From the NCBI GenBank assembly GCA_034669905.1, contig JAXMOL010000033.1, forward strand, positions 1 to 64,000: a stretch of DNA of 64,000 nt, written 5' to 3'. This DNA comes from Candidatus Hydrogenedentota bacterium. Its GTDB lineage: Bacteria > Hydrogenedentota > Hydrogenedentia > Hydrogenedentales > JAEUWI01. Below, in pieces: positions 19,072 to 29,762 of the stretch. Position 1 is the first letter of the stretch, and the number at the start of each line of letters is the position of its first letter. Below the pieces are notes generated by a model. That model worked only from the letters and a program-made list of their open reading frames with translations, ran no database searches and was not told the DNA's origin. A program made the position numbers and the translations under genes.

Positions 19072-22000
19072 GTGAACACTTCAGTTTTTAAGGTAGCCCA
19101 TACATTCATTTGGACCGTGGCAGGTCTCGGCTTATGGACTTCGACCGCGTTGGCACAGGTGGCTACGGCTCCTGATATTGGCGCCCTGAAGGGGGGACGG
19201 CAGGCCGACACGGGTATCAGCAAGCAAGTCAGCAGTTCGGATCGGCTGCGCCACGAAATCTGGGGCCAGTCCAACTATGGCGATGGCTATATCTATGGCC
19301 CGACCAACCGCCGCTCCGGCATGACCGTGGTGGATATCGACCTGGACGGGGACAACGACTTCGTATTTCCCAGCAGTATATCGAGCCCCCAGCTGATGCA
19401 GAATCTGGGCTCGAGCAGCGCCTTCTACCCCGGTGGCTCGGTGACCCTTCCGATGGATGATTTGCCGGAGTTTACGCGGTGGGATCTGAATATGGATTTC
19501 GCGGATCTGACCGGCGATGGCTTGCCCGATTTGGTGGCCGTAGTGAATTTTGAAAACGGATTTGGCACCTTCAACAAGCAAGTGGTCTTTTACCGCAACG
19601 AAGGCCCCCGAACGGAACCCACCTTTTCCTACCAGGGATTGCTGGCGTCCAGCGTTCAGGACTCGGGGGATCAGCGCGCCATGTGGGTGGCCCTGGGGGA
19701 TATCAACGGCGACGGCCTGCAGGATCTCTTCATTGCGGAAGCGTGGATCTTTGCGACGGAACGGCAACACCGGGTGTACCTTGGCGTAAACGTCGGGACG
19801 AGCAGCGCGCCCCTCTTTGCTTCCTTTCAGGAAGTGACGGAACTGAGCAACCTGATGCCGTCGCGCATAGAAACCACGAAAGATGACAAAGAAGCGCCGG
19901 TACGTGCGGAGGCTGCCGTGGAGCAGTTGAAAAGCAGCACGGCGAAGGGCACGAGTTTTTCCTACAACCTGGGCGACATCGCCATCTATGACTGGGATTT
20001 CGATGGCGTACTCGATTTTATGTTCTACGATCGCACCGAAGGGCTGACCCTTGTGCGCAACGTGGGCACCACAACAGAGCCCGCCTGGAATGACGAAATA
20101 GGTACGGACTTCGTTACCTACATCTACGATCACAACGCGATCGACGACCTGACCTATGCGGAAGGGACGTTTGCTGTACGGGAAAACCCCGACTCAGCCT
20201 TACCCGGCGTGGATTGGACGCGGGATGTATTGGTCTCCGTTAACAGCCGCCTTAAGAATTACCGTTTCTTCACCAACGAAGGCGAGAATGGGGCCTATCG
20301 GATTAATCAGCAAAACGCGGTGGCTTTTCCCGCGGGTCAAGGCGACGTCGCCTTTTGGGATGCGGATGGCGACGGGGACCTGGACATGTTTCGGACGGGC
20401 ATCAGTTCCTCATCATCTACCAACCTGATCATGTTGCGAAATGAAGGGGCGCCCTATGCGCCGGCGTGGGGTGAGTTCGCCTCTGCCAACAGCATTCTCA
20501 ATGTGCCGTTGGATTCGGGCGATGACAGCAATGAATATCGCAATGACCTCTTCCTCTTTGCCGACCACGACAATGATGGCGTGCAGTCCCTCTTCATACA
20601 GAAGCTCGACGGACACATTGCCTACTACGGAGCGACGCAGGCCGGCAGCGGTCCTCCCACCTTCACGTTGCTGGACAGCGAATTTGTCGATTCCGTGGAC
20701 AGCAGTCACACGGTGTCGACGCCCCGTGGTTTTGCCATGACGGATTTTGACCGCTTTAATGACGGGAATGCGGAGCTGATCACGGCCTATTCCTACAGCG
20801 GGGATACGACCTTGCGGGTCATCGACACGGGGTTTGGCTTTGTCTATGATTTAAATGAAGGCACGCTCCCGGCCAACTTCATGCCAGACCCCGATAACAG
20901 TGCCATCTCCATAGATCCGATTAATATTGAATCCATGACGAGCGGTGATCTCAATCTCGATGGTCGGCCCGATCTGATTGTGGCCTATTCGACGGACGAA
21001 GATTTCGAAGATACCGAGCTGCTCTATTACATCAACGAAATCGTGACGGACCACAATAACTTCAGCATCCCCGCCTTCCGCTTCAGCTACAACGGGCGCC
21101 TGGACTTGCCCTACGATACGGACCACCGTTTTGGCCGCATGCCGAAGATGGCCGATATCGATTCCGATGGCGATATGGACCTGTTTGTCGGGCATCGGTA
21201 CCCGGACAATCATGGGAGCAACCTGCGCTCCTACCTGCGTTTTTACCGCAATATTATTGATTCCGGAGTGGACATTTACCGCCAGCGTCTGGTGACCGAG
21301 CAGCTCATCGATCTGACGGTGGGCGGTGTGCAGCCCGAATATAACATCATTCAAAATAACAGCGGTGGTCGCATCGAAGGGGATGCCCTCTATCGCACCG
21401 GTACCACCGCGCCGACCATTGATATTCTCGAGAGTGTGGGGCTCGAGCGGAATGCCCGGGTCTTTCTGGATGTGCTTCCGGAAGTGGGCGATAACGAGTC
21501 CAAGGCCATTATTGTGGTGGGCGACACGGCGGACGATTCGCTCTACGATACATTTGCGACCCTCGCCGACTTTGCCTATTTTGTGTTGCGTTCGGAAGGG
21601 CTACCGGCCGACAACATCCGCTTCTATGCGGATGATGCCTCCCAACTGGATGGCGAAGTTATCGGGAAGCCTACCCTGGCCAGCCTGGAGGATTCCATCA
21701 CCAACTGGGCCCAGGGAACGGAGAAACTCCTGGTCTATCTGGTGGACCACGGTCAGCGGGATCGCTTCCGAATGAATGCGACGGAGTACCTGGAAGCGGA
21801 CGATCTGGACGCGTGGTATGACGAACTCCAGAATGTCGACATTTCGGTGCGGCCCATGATTACCACCATGATCGATACCTGCGAGTCCGGCAGCTTCATC
21901 GACAACCTGGCTCTGAGCAAATCCCAGAAAGCCGACGAAGAAAAGGGCACGACGGGTCCCCAGCGCATCTCGATGACGAGTGCGGGACAAGGTCCGGTGG

Positions 22001-23697
22001 AAGGCGTAGCCCTCTTCGATCAGGCCCAGTACATCAGTTTCTCGCTGAACTTCTGGTTTAATATTTTCAATGGCCGGGATTATGGTCAGGCCTTTGACGA
22101 GGCGAAGATCGCCATCGAGGCGGTGAACCCCCTTCAGATTCCCCAGATTGACAGCGACGGGGATGGGGTGGCCAACCAGGGCGGGGATAGTGCCACTGCC
22201 ACAGGCCACCGTCCGGGTGCGACCTTTGATATCCAGGTGCCGGGTGTGTTCATCGGTAGTGTTACCTCCGACCAGGCCATCAGCTCCAATTCGGCCACCC
22301 TTTCGATGGGCAACATCGTGTCACCCTTCCCGGTGGAAGGCGCCGGTGCCCTTATTGTGCCGCCCAACTTCCAGCGGCCTTCGCTGGGCAACGATGACGA
22401 ACAGCCCATTTCCGGGCTCGATTTCATCGAGTTTACCTTTAACGACAGTACCCAGCGCTGGGAAGGGGAGTATACCGAGTTCGACGAAGGGGGGCTGTTC
22501 CAGGTCCAATACTTCGTGCGGGCCGGTGGACAATTCCACGCCTCCCCACGTATCGGTTTTGTCGACCGAATCGGAATTGCCGATGCTTGGGAATCGGATG
22601 ATACGGGCGAAGAGGCCAACTGGATTCCCATCAACTCGGTACAGGGCCACAATTTCCATGATGACGGCGACGCGGACTGGGTGCAGTTTTCACCCCTTCC
22701 GAACCAGACCGCAACCATCGGTATCATTAACCCGGGACCCAATAACCGGGCCGTGGTAGAGCTGTTCCGGGCGGAGGATATTCTCGCGGATGGTTCGGAC
22801 AACGCCACGCCGGTGCGCACGGTGACCAGTGCCGATTTCGGTGAAGACCTGGTTTTCCAGGAGACCTTCTCCACTTCGGAACAGTACTATCTGCGGGTTA
22901 CCAATGAGGATTCCGGCCTTAGTGGCGAAGGTACGTCCTATCTCTTGCTGGTCGCGGTCGGCACCGGCGGGTCGAACCTGATCCCCACGACCTTGATCGT
23001 CACGGTTATGGATTCCGATGGCCGTACGCCGATTTCGGGTGCAGACGTCATGTTCGATGGCCGTAATGTGGGTAAGTCTTCCCGCGAAGGTATCTGTCAC
23101 ATGTCGGTGAGTGCCTATTCGACCTACGTCGTGGAAGCGTCCAAGGCGGGCTTCTCTCCGCGCAGCCGCAGCGTTACGGTGAACAACATCATCGAAGAGG
23201 CAGAGATTGAAATGTCGGCGGTCGCGGGCGAGGGTGAAGGCGAAGGGGAGGGGGAGGGTGAAGGCGAAGGTGAAGGCGAAGGTGAAGGAGAGGGCGAAGG
23301 CGAGACACCGTTGTCCGAGCTCGCGCAGGACCTCATCGATTCCTTTGATGCGGCCGATGCGGACAATGATGACCGGCTTTCTCTGGCTGAGGCGACTGGC
23401 GCGTCAGGCAGTCTGACGGTGACGCAGTTCAATGCGATGGATACGGATAGCGACGGATTCCTTACGCAGACGGAGCTCAATGCCCAGGTCGCTGCGGGTG
23501 AAGGCGAAGGCGAAGGTGAAGGAGAGGGCGAAGGCGAAGGTGAAACCCCGAAAGAACCGGGTGCCAGTTGCTCGGCTGCCGGTTCCAAGACCGGCGTGAC
23601 GGGAATGACCGGTGATATTCTCGCCGTCCTGTTGAGCCTGGGCCTTCTGTGTTGGCACGCCGGACTCCTGAGCCGTGGTCGTCGAGATGCGGCTTGA
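19072..23697 (+). CDS. Large surface protein: FG-GAP/VCBS repeats, clan CD (C13/caspase-like) peptidase, beta-sandwich domains, (GE)n linkers, EF-hand-like pair and C-terminal membrane anchor
   Basis: Signal peptide; DxDGDGDxD repeats; LVYLVDHG and IDTCESGSF dyad; (GE)13 at 23227-23304 and (GE)8 at 23497-23544; Cys, TM helix and basic tail. Confidence 0.85.
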   Translation: MNTSVFKVAHTFIWTVAGLGLWTSTALAQVATAPDIGALKGGRQADTGISKQVSSSDRLRHEIWGQSNYGDGYIYGPTNRRSGMTVVDIDLDGDNDFVFPSSISSPQLMQNLGSSSAFYPGGSVTLPMDDLPEFTRWDLNMDFADLTGDGLPDLVAVVNFENGFGTFNKQVVFYRNEGPRTEPTFSYQGLLASSVQDSGDQRAMWVALGDINGDGLQDLFIAEAWIFATERQHRVYLGVNVGTSSAPLFASFQEVTELSNLMPSRIETTKDDKEAPVRAEAAVEQLKSSTAKGTSFSYNLGDIAIYDWDFDGVLDFMFYDRTEGLTLVRNVGTTTEPAWNDEIGTDFVTYIYDHNAIDDLTYAEGTFAVRENPDSALPGVDWTRDVLVSVNSRLKNYRFFTNEGENGAYRINQQNAVAFPAGQGDVAFWDADGDGDLDMFRTGISSSSSTNLIMLRNEGAPYAPAWGEFASANSILNVPLDSGDDSNEYRNDLFLFADHDNDGVQSLFIQKLDGHIAYYGATQAGSGPPTFTLLDSEFVDSVDSSHTVSTPRGFAMTDFDRFNDGNAELITAYSYSGDTTLRVIDTGFGFVYDLNEGTLPANFMPDPDNSAISIDPINIESMTSGDLNLDGRPDLIVAYSTDEDFEDTELLYYINEIVTDHNNFSIPAFRFSYNGRLDLPYDTDHRFGRMPKMADIDSDGDMDLFVGHRYPDNHGSNLRSYLRFYRNIIDSGVDIYRQRLVTEQLIDLTVGGVQPEYNIIQNNSGGRIEGDALYRTGTTAPTIDILESVGLERNARVFLDVLPEVGDNESKAIIVVGDTADDSLYDTFATLADFAYFVLRSEGLPADNIRFYADDASQLDGEVIGKPTLASLEDSITNWAQGTEKLLVYLVDHGQRDRFRMNATEYLEADDLDAWYDELQNVDISVRPMITTMIDTCESGSFIDNLALSKSQKADEEKGTTGPQRISMTSAGQGPVEGVALFDQAQYISFSLNFWFNIFNGRDYGQAFDEAKIAIEAVNPLQIPQIDSDGDGVANQGGDSATATGHRPGATFDIQVPGVFIGSVTSDQAISSNSATLSMGNIVSPFPVEGAGALIVPPNFQRPSLGNDDEQPISGLDFIEFTFNDSTQRWEGEYTEFDEGGLFQVQYFVRAGGQFHASPRIGFVDRIGIADAWESDDTGEEANWIPINSVQGHNFHDDGDADWVQFSPLPNQTATIGIINPGPNNRAVVELFRAEDILADGSDNATPVRTVTSADFGEDLVFQETFSTSEQYYLRVTNEDSGLSGEGTSYLLLVAVGTGGSNLIPTTLIVTVMDSDGRTPISGADVMFDGRNVGKSSREGICHMSVSAYSTYVVEASKAGFSPRSRSVTVNNIIEEAEIEMSAVAGEGEGEGEGEGEGEGEGEGEGEGEGETPLSELAQDLIDSFDAADADNDDRLSLAEATGASGSLTVTQFNAMDTDSDGFLTQTELNAQVAAGEGEGEGEGEGEGEGETPKEPGASCSAAGSKTGVTGMTGDILAVLLSLGLLCWHAGLLSRGRRDAA

Positions 23698-23735
23698 GTG
23701 GCACACCACGATAAACTAAACTGTTAGGGACCTTT

Positions 23736-23775
23736 ACGGGTCATGGGTTCAAGGAACTCATGGCCCGTTTTCTTT
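23736..23775 (+). terminator. Intrinsic terminator
   Basis: ACGGGTCATGGGTTC-aag-GAACTCATGGCCCGT (with G-U pairs) followed by TTTCTTT. Confidence 0.75.
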
Positions 23776-23799
23776 ATGTACCGATGAGAGGAACCGGCG

Positions 23800-26700
23800 A
23801 TGGTAGCGCGCAGTGTAGTACGTTGGGGTATTCGAAGTGGGATCGCGGGGTGTTGCTTTGCGGCGCTGGTGCTTATTCCCTTGGCCGTCGTGGCGCAGGG
23901 GGAGGCCGGCATCTTTTCGCGCGACAATCTCGTGGCCTGGTGCATTGTGCCCTTTGACAGCAAGAAGCGGGGGCCCGAAGCCCGTGCGGAAATGATGGCC
24001 CGGCTGGGGATTAAGAAATTCGCCTACGATTGGCGGGCCGAGCACATTCCCACCTTTGATGAAGAGTTGCAGGTGCTCCAACGTTACGGCATCGAACTGA
24101 CCGCTTTCTGGTTTCCGTCTGCGCTAAACGCGGAGGCCCAGACCATCCTGGCGGCCCTCAAGCGCAATGACGTTAAGACCCAACTCTGGGTGACCATGGG
24201 GGGGGGCGACATCGAATGTACGCCCGAGGAACAGGCGCAGCGCGTGAAGGAGCATGCCGATGCCCTCCGGCCTCTCGTGAAAGCAGCGGCCGAAATAGGC
24301 TGCTCCGTGGGGCTCTATAACCACGGTCACTGGTTTGGCGAGCCGGACAACCAGATTGCCATCATCAAGGCCCTCGATGCGCCCAACGTGGGTATCGTCT
24401 ATAACCTGCACCACGGCCATGGACATGTGGACCAGCTCCCCGAACTCTTGCAGCGCATGAAGCCCTACCTCTATGCCTTTAATCTGAATGGGATGAATCG
24501 GGAGGGCGACAAGAAGGGCCAGAAGATTCTTCCCCTGGCCCAGGGCGAATTGGACCTGCACCTGCTCCAGGTACTGCGCGAGAGTGGCTATGACGGGCCG
24601 GTCGGTGTCCTCGGACATACCCAGGATGACGCGGAAACGACCCTGCAGGATAACCTCGACGGCCTGGGATGGTTGTTGCCTCAGTTGGACGGCGGCGCGG
24701 CCCCGGGTCCCAGGCCTGTTCCGCAGCGAGCGAGTCTCCGTCCCAAGTCGGCCTTGGGAAAGCCCTCTCTCTCCGAGGTCTTTGGCAAGGCATTGGCCGG
24801 GGGTATGGTGGTGCCGGGGAAGGACGCATACCGCACGCCGCCCATGACGGTGACGTGCCGCGCCAAACTCGACAGCGCGACGGGCTTTAATATTCTCATT
24901 GCGAGTGATACGAAGGCCTCCGGTGCCCACTGGGAAATATTCACCCAGTCCGGCAGCGGTGAACTCTCGGTGTACATGCCCGGGAGCGCGCCGGATCATG
25001 GCCGCACGGGCCGCAACATCACCGACGGCCAATGGCATCAGATCGTGTTTCAATACGGCGTCGACGAAATTGCCCTCTATCTTGATGGCAAAGAAGTGCT
25101 GCGCCAGGACATTGAAAATCAAGGCAAGCCCACGGTCCCGGGCGACCTGGCCTTTGGGCAACTTGTGTCGGGGCGGGGCGGCTGCGATGGGCTGATCGAT
25201 GATGTTCACCTTCAGCGGGGCATTCAGCCCGTGGGCGCCCCGGCGGAGGGCCCCCACGCGGCGGGCGAACACACGATTGGGCTCTGGTCTTTCGATGATC
25301 TGACGGAGACCCAGGTGGCGAGACTACCCGCCGTGGAAGACCCGGCGGTGCGGGCGGCCTTGCCAGAATACCAGGTTATTCCGGCGGCCGACGAGGGGCA
25401 GCTTACCCCCGCCAATGGCTTTCCCGCCGCGGAGGCCTATAGCACCTGGCACCGTTCCCACGGCGACAGCTCCAACAGCCGCTATTCGTCGGCGAACCAA
25501 ATTAATCGGGAGACGGTGAAGGACCTGAAAGTGGCGTGGGAATACCGCTCCGGGGACGGAGAAGGTAACATCCAATGCAACCCCGTGGTTGTGGGTGATA
25601 CGCTCTACGTCCCTACGCCGGGGAATCACCTGGTGGCCCTCGATGCCCGCACGGGTGCGGAGAAGTGGCGCTTCAAGGGAGCGGGACGTCCCGCCCACCG
25701 CGGCCTGGTTTATTGGCCCGGTTGGGGCACCCACGGCCCGCGCCTGCTGGTGAGTATTGGGGAAGAACTCTGGGCCATCGACCCGACGACGGGTACGCCC
25801 ATCGCGGCCTTTGGCGATGGGGGCAAGGTACAGACCGGCGTTTCCGTGGTGGCGGGCGCCATCTTTCAAAACGTGCTCGTGCTGCCGGGTTTTCAACGGG
25901 ATGTGTGGGGACACGATATCGTTACGGGCGAACGCCTCTGGACCTTTCACACCATGCCCACGGGCGACGCATATGGCGCCGATACCTGGGAGAATCCGGC
26001 CGATGGGGCCAACTGCTGGGGGGGCATGGCCCTGGATGAACAGCGGGGCATCGCCTATATTTCGACGGGCTCACCCAAGCCCAATTTCGTGGGCGTCCAC
26101 CACACGGGACAGAATCTCTTTGCCAACAGCGTGATTGCCCTCGATGCCCTTACGGGCGCGCGCCGCTGGCACTTTCAGGAAATTCGCCACGACATTTGGG
26201 ATCTCGACATCCCCGCGCCGCCCAACCTGGTCACGGTAACGCGCCACGGCAAGCAGGTGGATGCCGTCGCCCAGGTGACCAAAATCGGCAATACCCTCTT
26301 GCTTGACCGGCTCACCGGCGAGCCCCTCTACCCCTTTCGGTTGCGCCGGGCGCCCGTTTCGACCTTACCCGGCGAGAAGACCTGGCCCTATCAGCCTGAT
26401 GTGGAACTGCCCGAACCCTTCGCCCGTCAGCACTTCACGCCCGACGACATCACCCAGCGCAACGACGAGGCCACGACGTATGTGCGCAACATTGTAAACC
26501 TCAGTAACCATGGGTGGTTTGAGCCCTTCTCCGACGGCAAGCCCACCGTGTTTTTCGGACTCCACGGTGGTGCCGAATGGACCGGTGCGGCGGTGGACCC
26601 CAAGCGGGGACGGCTCTATGTGAGTGCCAACGAGATGGCGTGGAATGTGGCCGTCATTAAGGCCGTGGAGATTCGGCGCAAGGCGGGCGCTTCCCCCAGT

Positions 26701-27387
26701 CGGGGCCAGGCCGTTTACGAAGAGCGCTGTGTCACCTGCCACGGCAACAACCTCCAGGGAAACAGCCTCGCGCCGCCCCTTATCGGACTGGCAGACCGCC
26801 TCAGCGACGACGAGGTGCGCGCCCTTATCAAGACGGGCCGCAACCTCATGCCCGCCGCCGAAGGGCTGAGCGCGGAAGACGAAGCGGCGCTCCTCGACTA
26901 CATTTTCCTGCGCGAGCCCGACCTCGAAATCATTCGCCCTGAGGATAATGGCGTGCCGCGCTACACCTTCAACGGCTACAACAAGCTCCTCGATCACGAG
27001 GGATATCCCGGCGTGACACCGCCCTGGGGAACGCTCAACTGCATCGATCTGAACACGGGAAAAATCGCCTGGAAAGTGCCCCTGGGCTATTACCCCGAAC
27101 TCGCCTTCTGGGGCGACGACAAGACGGGCGCAGAGAATTTTGGTGGTGCCATGGTGACGGCGGGCGGCCTCGTCTTTTGTGCGGGCACGCCCGACAACAT
27201 GATTCGCGCCTTTGATGCCGATACGGGCGAAGAACTGTGGAAACACGAGCTCCCCTTCGGCGGCTACGCGCCTCCCGCGACCTATGAAGTGGATGGCAAG
27301 CAGTATGTGGTGATCGCAGCTACGGGGGCGGGAAAACTGGCCACCGAAGCGGGCGATGCCTGGGTGGCTTTTGCCCTGCCGGGGTGA
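23800..27387 (+). CDS. Fusion of TIM-barrel domain, LamG-like domain and PQQ-dependent (glucose DH-like) dehydrogenase with inserted cytochrome c
   Basis: GLYNHGHW / VYNLHHGH; ITDGQWHQI..LYLDG; WHFQEIRHDIWDLD, GGAEW, CVTCH, PPWGTL, ATYEVDGKQYVV. Confidence 0.87.
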   Translation: MVARSVVRWGIRSGIAGCCFAALVLIPLAVVAQGEAGIFSRDNLVAWCIVPFDSKKRGPEARAEMMARLGIKKFAYDWRAEHIPTFDEELQVLQRYGIELTAFWFPSALNAEAQTILAALKRNDVKTQLWVTMGGGDIECTPEEQAQRVKEHADALRPLVKAAAEIGCSVGLYNHGHWFGEPDNQIAIIKALDAPNVGIVYNLHHGHGHVDQLPELLQRMKPYLYAFNLNGMNREGDKKGQKILPLAQGELDLHLLQVLRESGYDGPVGVLGHTQDDAETTLQDNLDGLGWLLPQLDGGAAPGPRPVPQRASLRPKSALGKPSLSEVFGKALAGGMVVPGKDAYRTPPMTVTCRAKLDSATGFNILIASDTKASGAHWEIFTQSGSGELSVYMPGSAPDHGRTGRNITDGQWHQIVFQYGVDEIALYLDGKEVLRQDIENQGKPTVPGDLAFGQLVSGRGGCDGLIDDVHLQRGIQPVGAPAEGPHAAGEHTIGLWSFDDLTETQVARLPAVEDPAVRAALPEYQVIPAADEGQLTPANGFPAAEAYSTWHRSHGDSSNSRYSSANQINRETVKDLKVAWEYRSGDGEGNIQCNPVVVGDTLYVPTPGNHLVALDARTGAEKWRFKGAGRPAHRGLVYWPGWGTHGPRLLVSIGEELWAIDPTTGTPIAAFGDGGKVQTGVSVVAGAIFQNVLVLPGFQRDVWGHDIVTGERLWTFHTMPTGDAYGADTWENPADGANCWGGMALDEQRGIAYISTGSPKPNFVGVHHTGQNLFANSVIALDALTGARRWHFQEIRHDIWDLDIPAPPNLVTVTRHGKQVDAVAQVTKIGNTLLLDRLTGEPLYPFRLRRAPVSTLPGEKTWPYQPDVELPEPFARQHFTPDDITQRNDEATTYVRNIVNLSNHGWFEPFSDGKPTVFFGLHGGAEWTGAAVDPKRGRLYVSANEMAWNVAVIKAVEIRRKAGASPSRGQAVYEERCVTCHGNNLQGNSLAPPLIGLADRLSDDEVRALIKTGRNLMPAAEGLSAEDEAALLDYIFLREPDLEIIRPEDNGVPRYTFNGYNKLLDHEGYPGVTPPWGTLNCIDLNTGKIAWKVPLGYYPELAFWGDDKTGAENFGGAMVTAGGLVFCAGTPDNMIRAFDADTGEELWKHELPFGGYAPPATYEVDGKQYVVIAATGAGKLATEAGDAWVAFALPG

Positions 27388-27613
27388 CGGGGTGGCTGCT
27401 GAAACGTCAGGGATGACAGAGACAACAGGGACAGCAGGGACTAAAACCTGCCGTGGCCCAAGGCGTACGGCGCAGGTGGTCCATTATGTCGTTTTTGTCC
27501 TTTAGGTCCTATATTTCCCATCTTCCAGTTGATTTTCTCTGGCCTGCGCGCTAAGGTGACCTGCCCTGAGAGCACAGTTGTTTTACCCTATGCCGCATGT
27601 TGGAGGAGAGCCC

Positions 27614-29221
27614 ATGCAAGCCGTCACGATTTTTACCTTTGTCTTTTTTACGGGCCTGGTGGGCTTTATTACCTGGCGGATGACGCGTAAGGATGATCAC
27701 GGCACGACGGATGGCTATTTCCTGGCGGGGCGCAGCCTGACGGGCGGCTTCATTGCGGGCTCCCTCATGTTGACCAATCTCTCCACCGAGCAATTGGTAG
27801 GCCTCAACGGCGCGGCCTACACCGACGGCTTCTCCGTCATGGCGTGGGAGGTCATTGCGGCGGTCTCCCTCGTGGTGATGGGCTTGTTTTTCCTGCCGCG
27901 CTACCTGAAGAGCGGCATTGCCACCATCCCGGAATTCCTGGCGCTGCGCTATGACAAACACACCCAATCGATCACCAATGTGATTTTTATCTTTGCCTAC
28001 ACGGCCATCTTGTTGCCCATTATTCTGTATACGGGTGCCACGGGGCTCAATGGCATTCTCGACATGCAGGCCCTCACGGGACTCCCCACGGAGTCGGCTA
28101 CCCTCTGGTTTACCGTGTGGATGGTGGGCATCATCGGGTCCATCTACGCCATCTTCGGCGGGCTGCGCACCGTGGCGGTGTCTGACACGATCAATGGACT
28201 GGGCTTGCTGGTGGGCGGCGTGTTGATTACGTGGTTCGGTCTGCGTACCCTGGGTGGCGATGGGGGATTCTTTCAGGGCCTCGAAATCGTGAAGACGGTT
28301 CACCCCGAAAAGCTGAACTCCATCGGTGGGGCCGAGCAGTCGGTGCCTTTCTCCACCCTCTTTACCGGTGTGCTCTTGCTCAACCTGTTTTATTGGTGCA
28401 CCAACCAGCAGATTATTCAGCGGACCTTCGGTGCGAGCAGCCTGAAGGAAGGCCAGAAGGGGGTTCTGCTTGCGGGATTCTTCAAGGTCCTGGCGCCGCT
28501 GATATTGGTGCTTCCGGGTGTCATCGCCTATCACCTCTACGTCGGTGACGACATCAAGGCGGACCATGCCTATGGTACGTTGGTGAACAATGTATTGCCC
28601 GCGCCCCTGGTAGGATTCTTCGCGGCGGTGCTGGTAGGGGCCATCCTCAGTTCCTTTAACTCCGCCCTCAACAGCACGTGCACCCTCTTCAGCCTGGGCG
28701 TTTACAAGCACTGGATCAAGCCCGATGCCGACCAGGCCCAACTGATCAAGTCCGGTAAAGTCTTCGGCATCATCATCGCCCTCTCTGCCATGTGCATCGC
28801 CCCCGCCCTCGCGGGACAGGAGAGTATCTTCGGCTACCTTCAGCAGATGAATGGCCTTTATTTTATCCCCATCTTCGCCGTGGTGGTCGTGGGTATTGCC
28901 AACAAGCGGGTACCCGCCTTCGCCGCGAATGTGGCGCTGCTTCTGGGCTTCGCGGCCATCGCCAGCGGCTATTGGATGCCGGGCTTCAAGACGTTGGCGG
29001 GCAAGATTTACGCCTTCCACTACCTGGGTTTGGTCTTCGCCCTGCTGGTGGTCCTGCAATTGGTCCTGGGTGTGATTCGCCCCCGGGAAACGGCGTGGGA
29101 ACAGGCCGATGCCCAGGCGGTGGACCTCACGCCGTGGAAGTATGCGAAACCCGTGGGGGCATTGCTGGTCTTCGTCGTGTTGGCGATTTACGTGATGCTT
29201 GCGGACCTGTCTGTCCTGTAG
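27614..29221 (+). CDS. Solute:sodium symporter (SLC5, YidK-like)
   Basis: [45 protein letters not shown]. Confidence 0.93.
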   Translation: MQAVTIFTFVFFTGLVGFITWRMTRKDDHGTTDGYFLAGRSLTGGFIAGSLMLTNLSTEQLVGLNGAAYTDGFSVMAWEVIAAVSLVVMGLFFLPRYLKSGIATIPEFLALRYDKHTQSITNVIFIFAYTAILLPIILYTGATGLNGILDMQALTGLPTESATLWFTVWMVGIIGSIYAIFGGLRTVAVSDTINGLGLLVGGVLITWFGLRTLGGDGGFFQGLEIVKTVHPEKLNSIGGAEQSVPFSTLFTGVLLLNLFYWCTNQQIIQRTFGASSLKEGQKGVLLAGFFKVLAPLILVLPGVIAYHLYVGDDIKADHAYGTLVNNVLPAPLVGFFAAVLVGAILSSFNSALNSTCTLFSLGVYKHWIKPDADQAQLIKSGKVFGIIIALSAMCIAPALAGQESIFGYLQQMNGLYFIPIFAVVVVGIANKRVPAFAANVALLLGFAAIASGYWMPGFKTLAGKIYAFHYLGLVFALLVVLQLVLGVIRPRETAWEQADAQAVDLTPWKYAKPVGALLVFVVLAIYVMLADLSVL

Positions 29222-29264
29222 GTGTACTTCCGGCAGGGGAGCAGGTGCGCGCGTCGCGGAAAGC

Positions 29265-29681
29265 TCAGGGCGCCGTGTGGACCTTCCGCTCGTTCTTTGG
29301 ATCGACGGCGGGGTTCCCTCCCAGTTTGAGCCCCAGGTAGTAGGCCTTCGCAATGGGTCGGGGCACGCCATCTTTCACGCAAATCTTTTGGAAGAGGCGG
29401 TCGGCCGGATCTTTGTGATCCTTCTTCGTCAGCTTTCGCAAACGGATAAGCTGGTACAGGGCGTCGTGTACCAATGAGGCGCGCATGTTGCGATCTGTGT
29501 CGACGACCGGGCCCGATGGGCCATCCCAGGCGTAGCCTTCGGCGATGTGCAGGGTGCCGTCCAGTGCCAGTTTCACAAAGGGGGTGTCAATATCCCTTTT
29601 CGGCTTTATCCCGCTGGCGAGGAAGTAGTCATTCGCCAATTGATACTTGTAGCCACTGCGATAGGTAATTTGTTCTGCCAC
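29265..29681 (-). CDS. DUF1353-like protein
   Basis: GYAWDGPS, ASLVHDALYQ and ADRLF motifs. Confidence 0.75.
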   Translation of the reverse strand: MAEQITYRSGYKYQLANDYFLASGIKPKRDIDTPFVKLALDGTLHIAEGYAWDGPSGPVVDTDRNMRASLVHDALYQLIRLRKLTKKDHKDPADRLFQKICVKDGVPRPIAKAYYLGLKLGGNPAVDPKNERKVHTAP

Positions 29682-29762
29682 GATTCTTGCTCCCTACGTA
29701 AGTTTTCCGGAATATTTTTCTCACGATACGCGCGCGAGTTCCCGTGTATTGCGAACAAGCTG

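Noticed and set aside
29265..29681. Prophage signalled by the DUF1353-like gene
   Set aside because: No integrase, structural or other phage genes in the window
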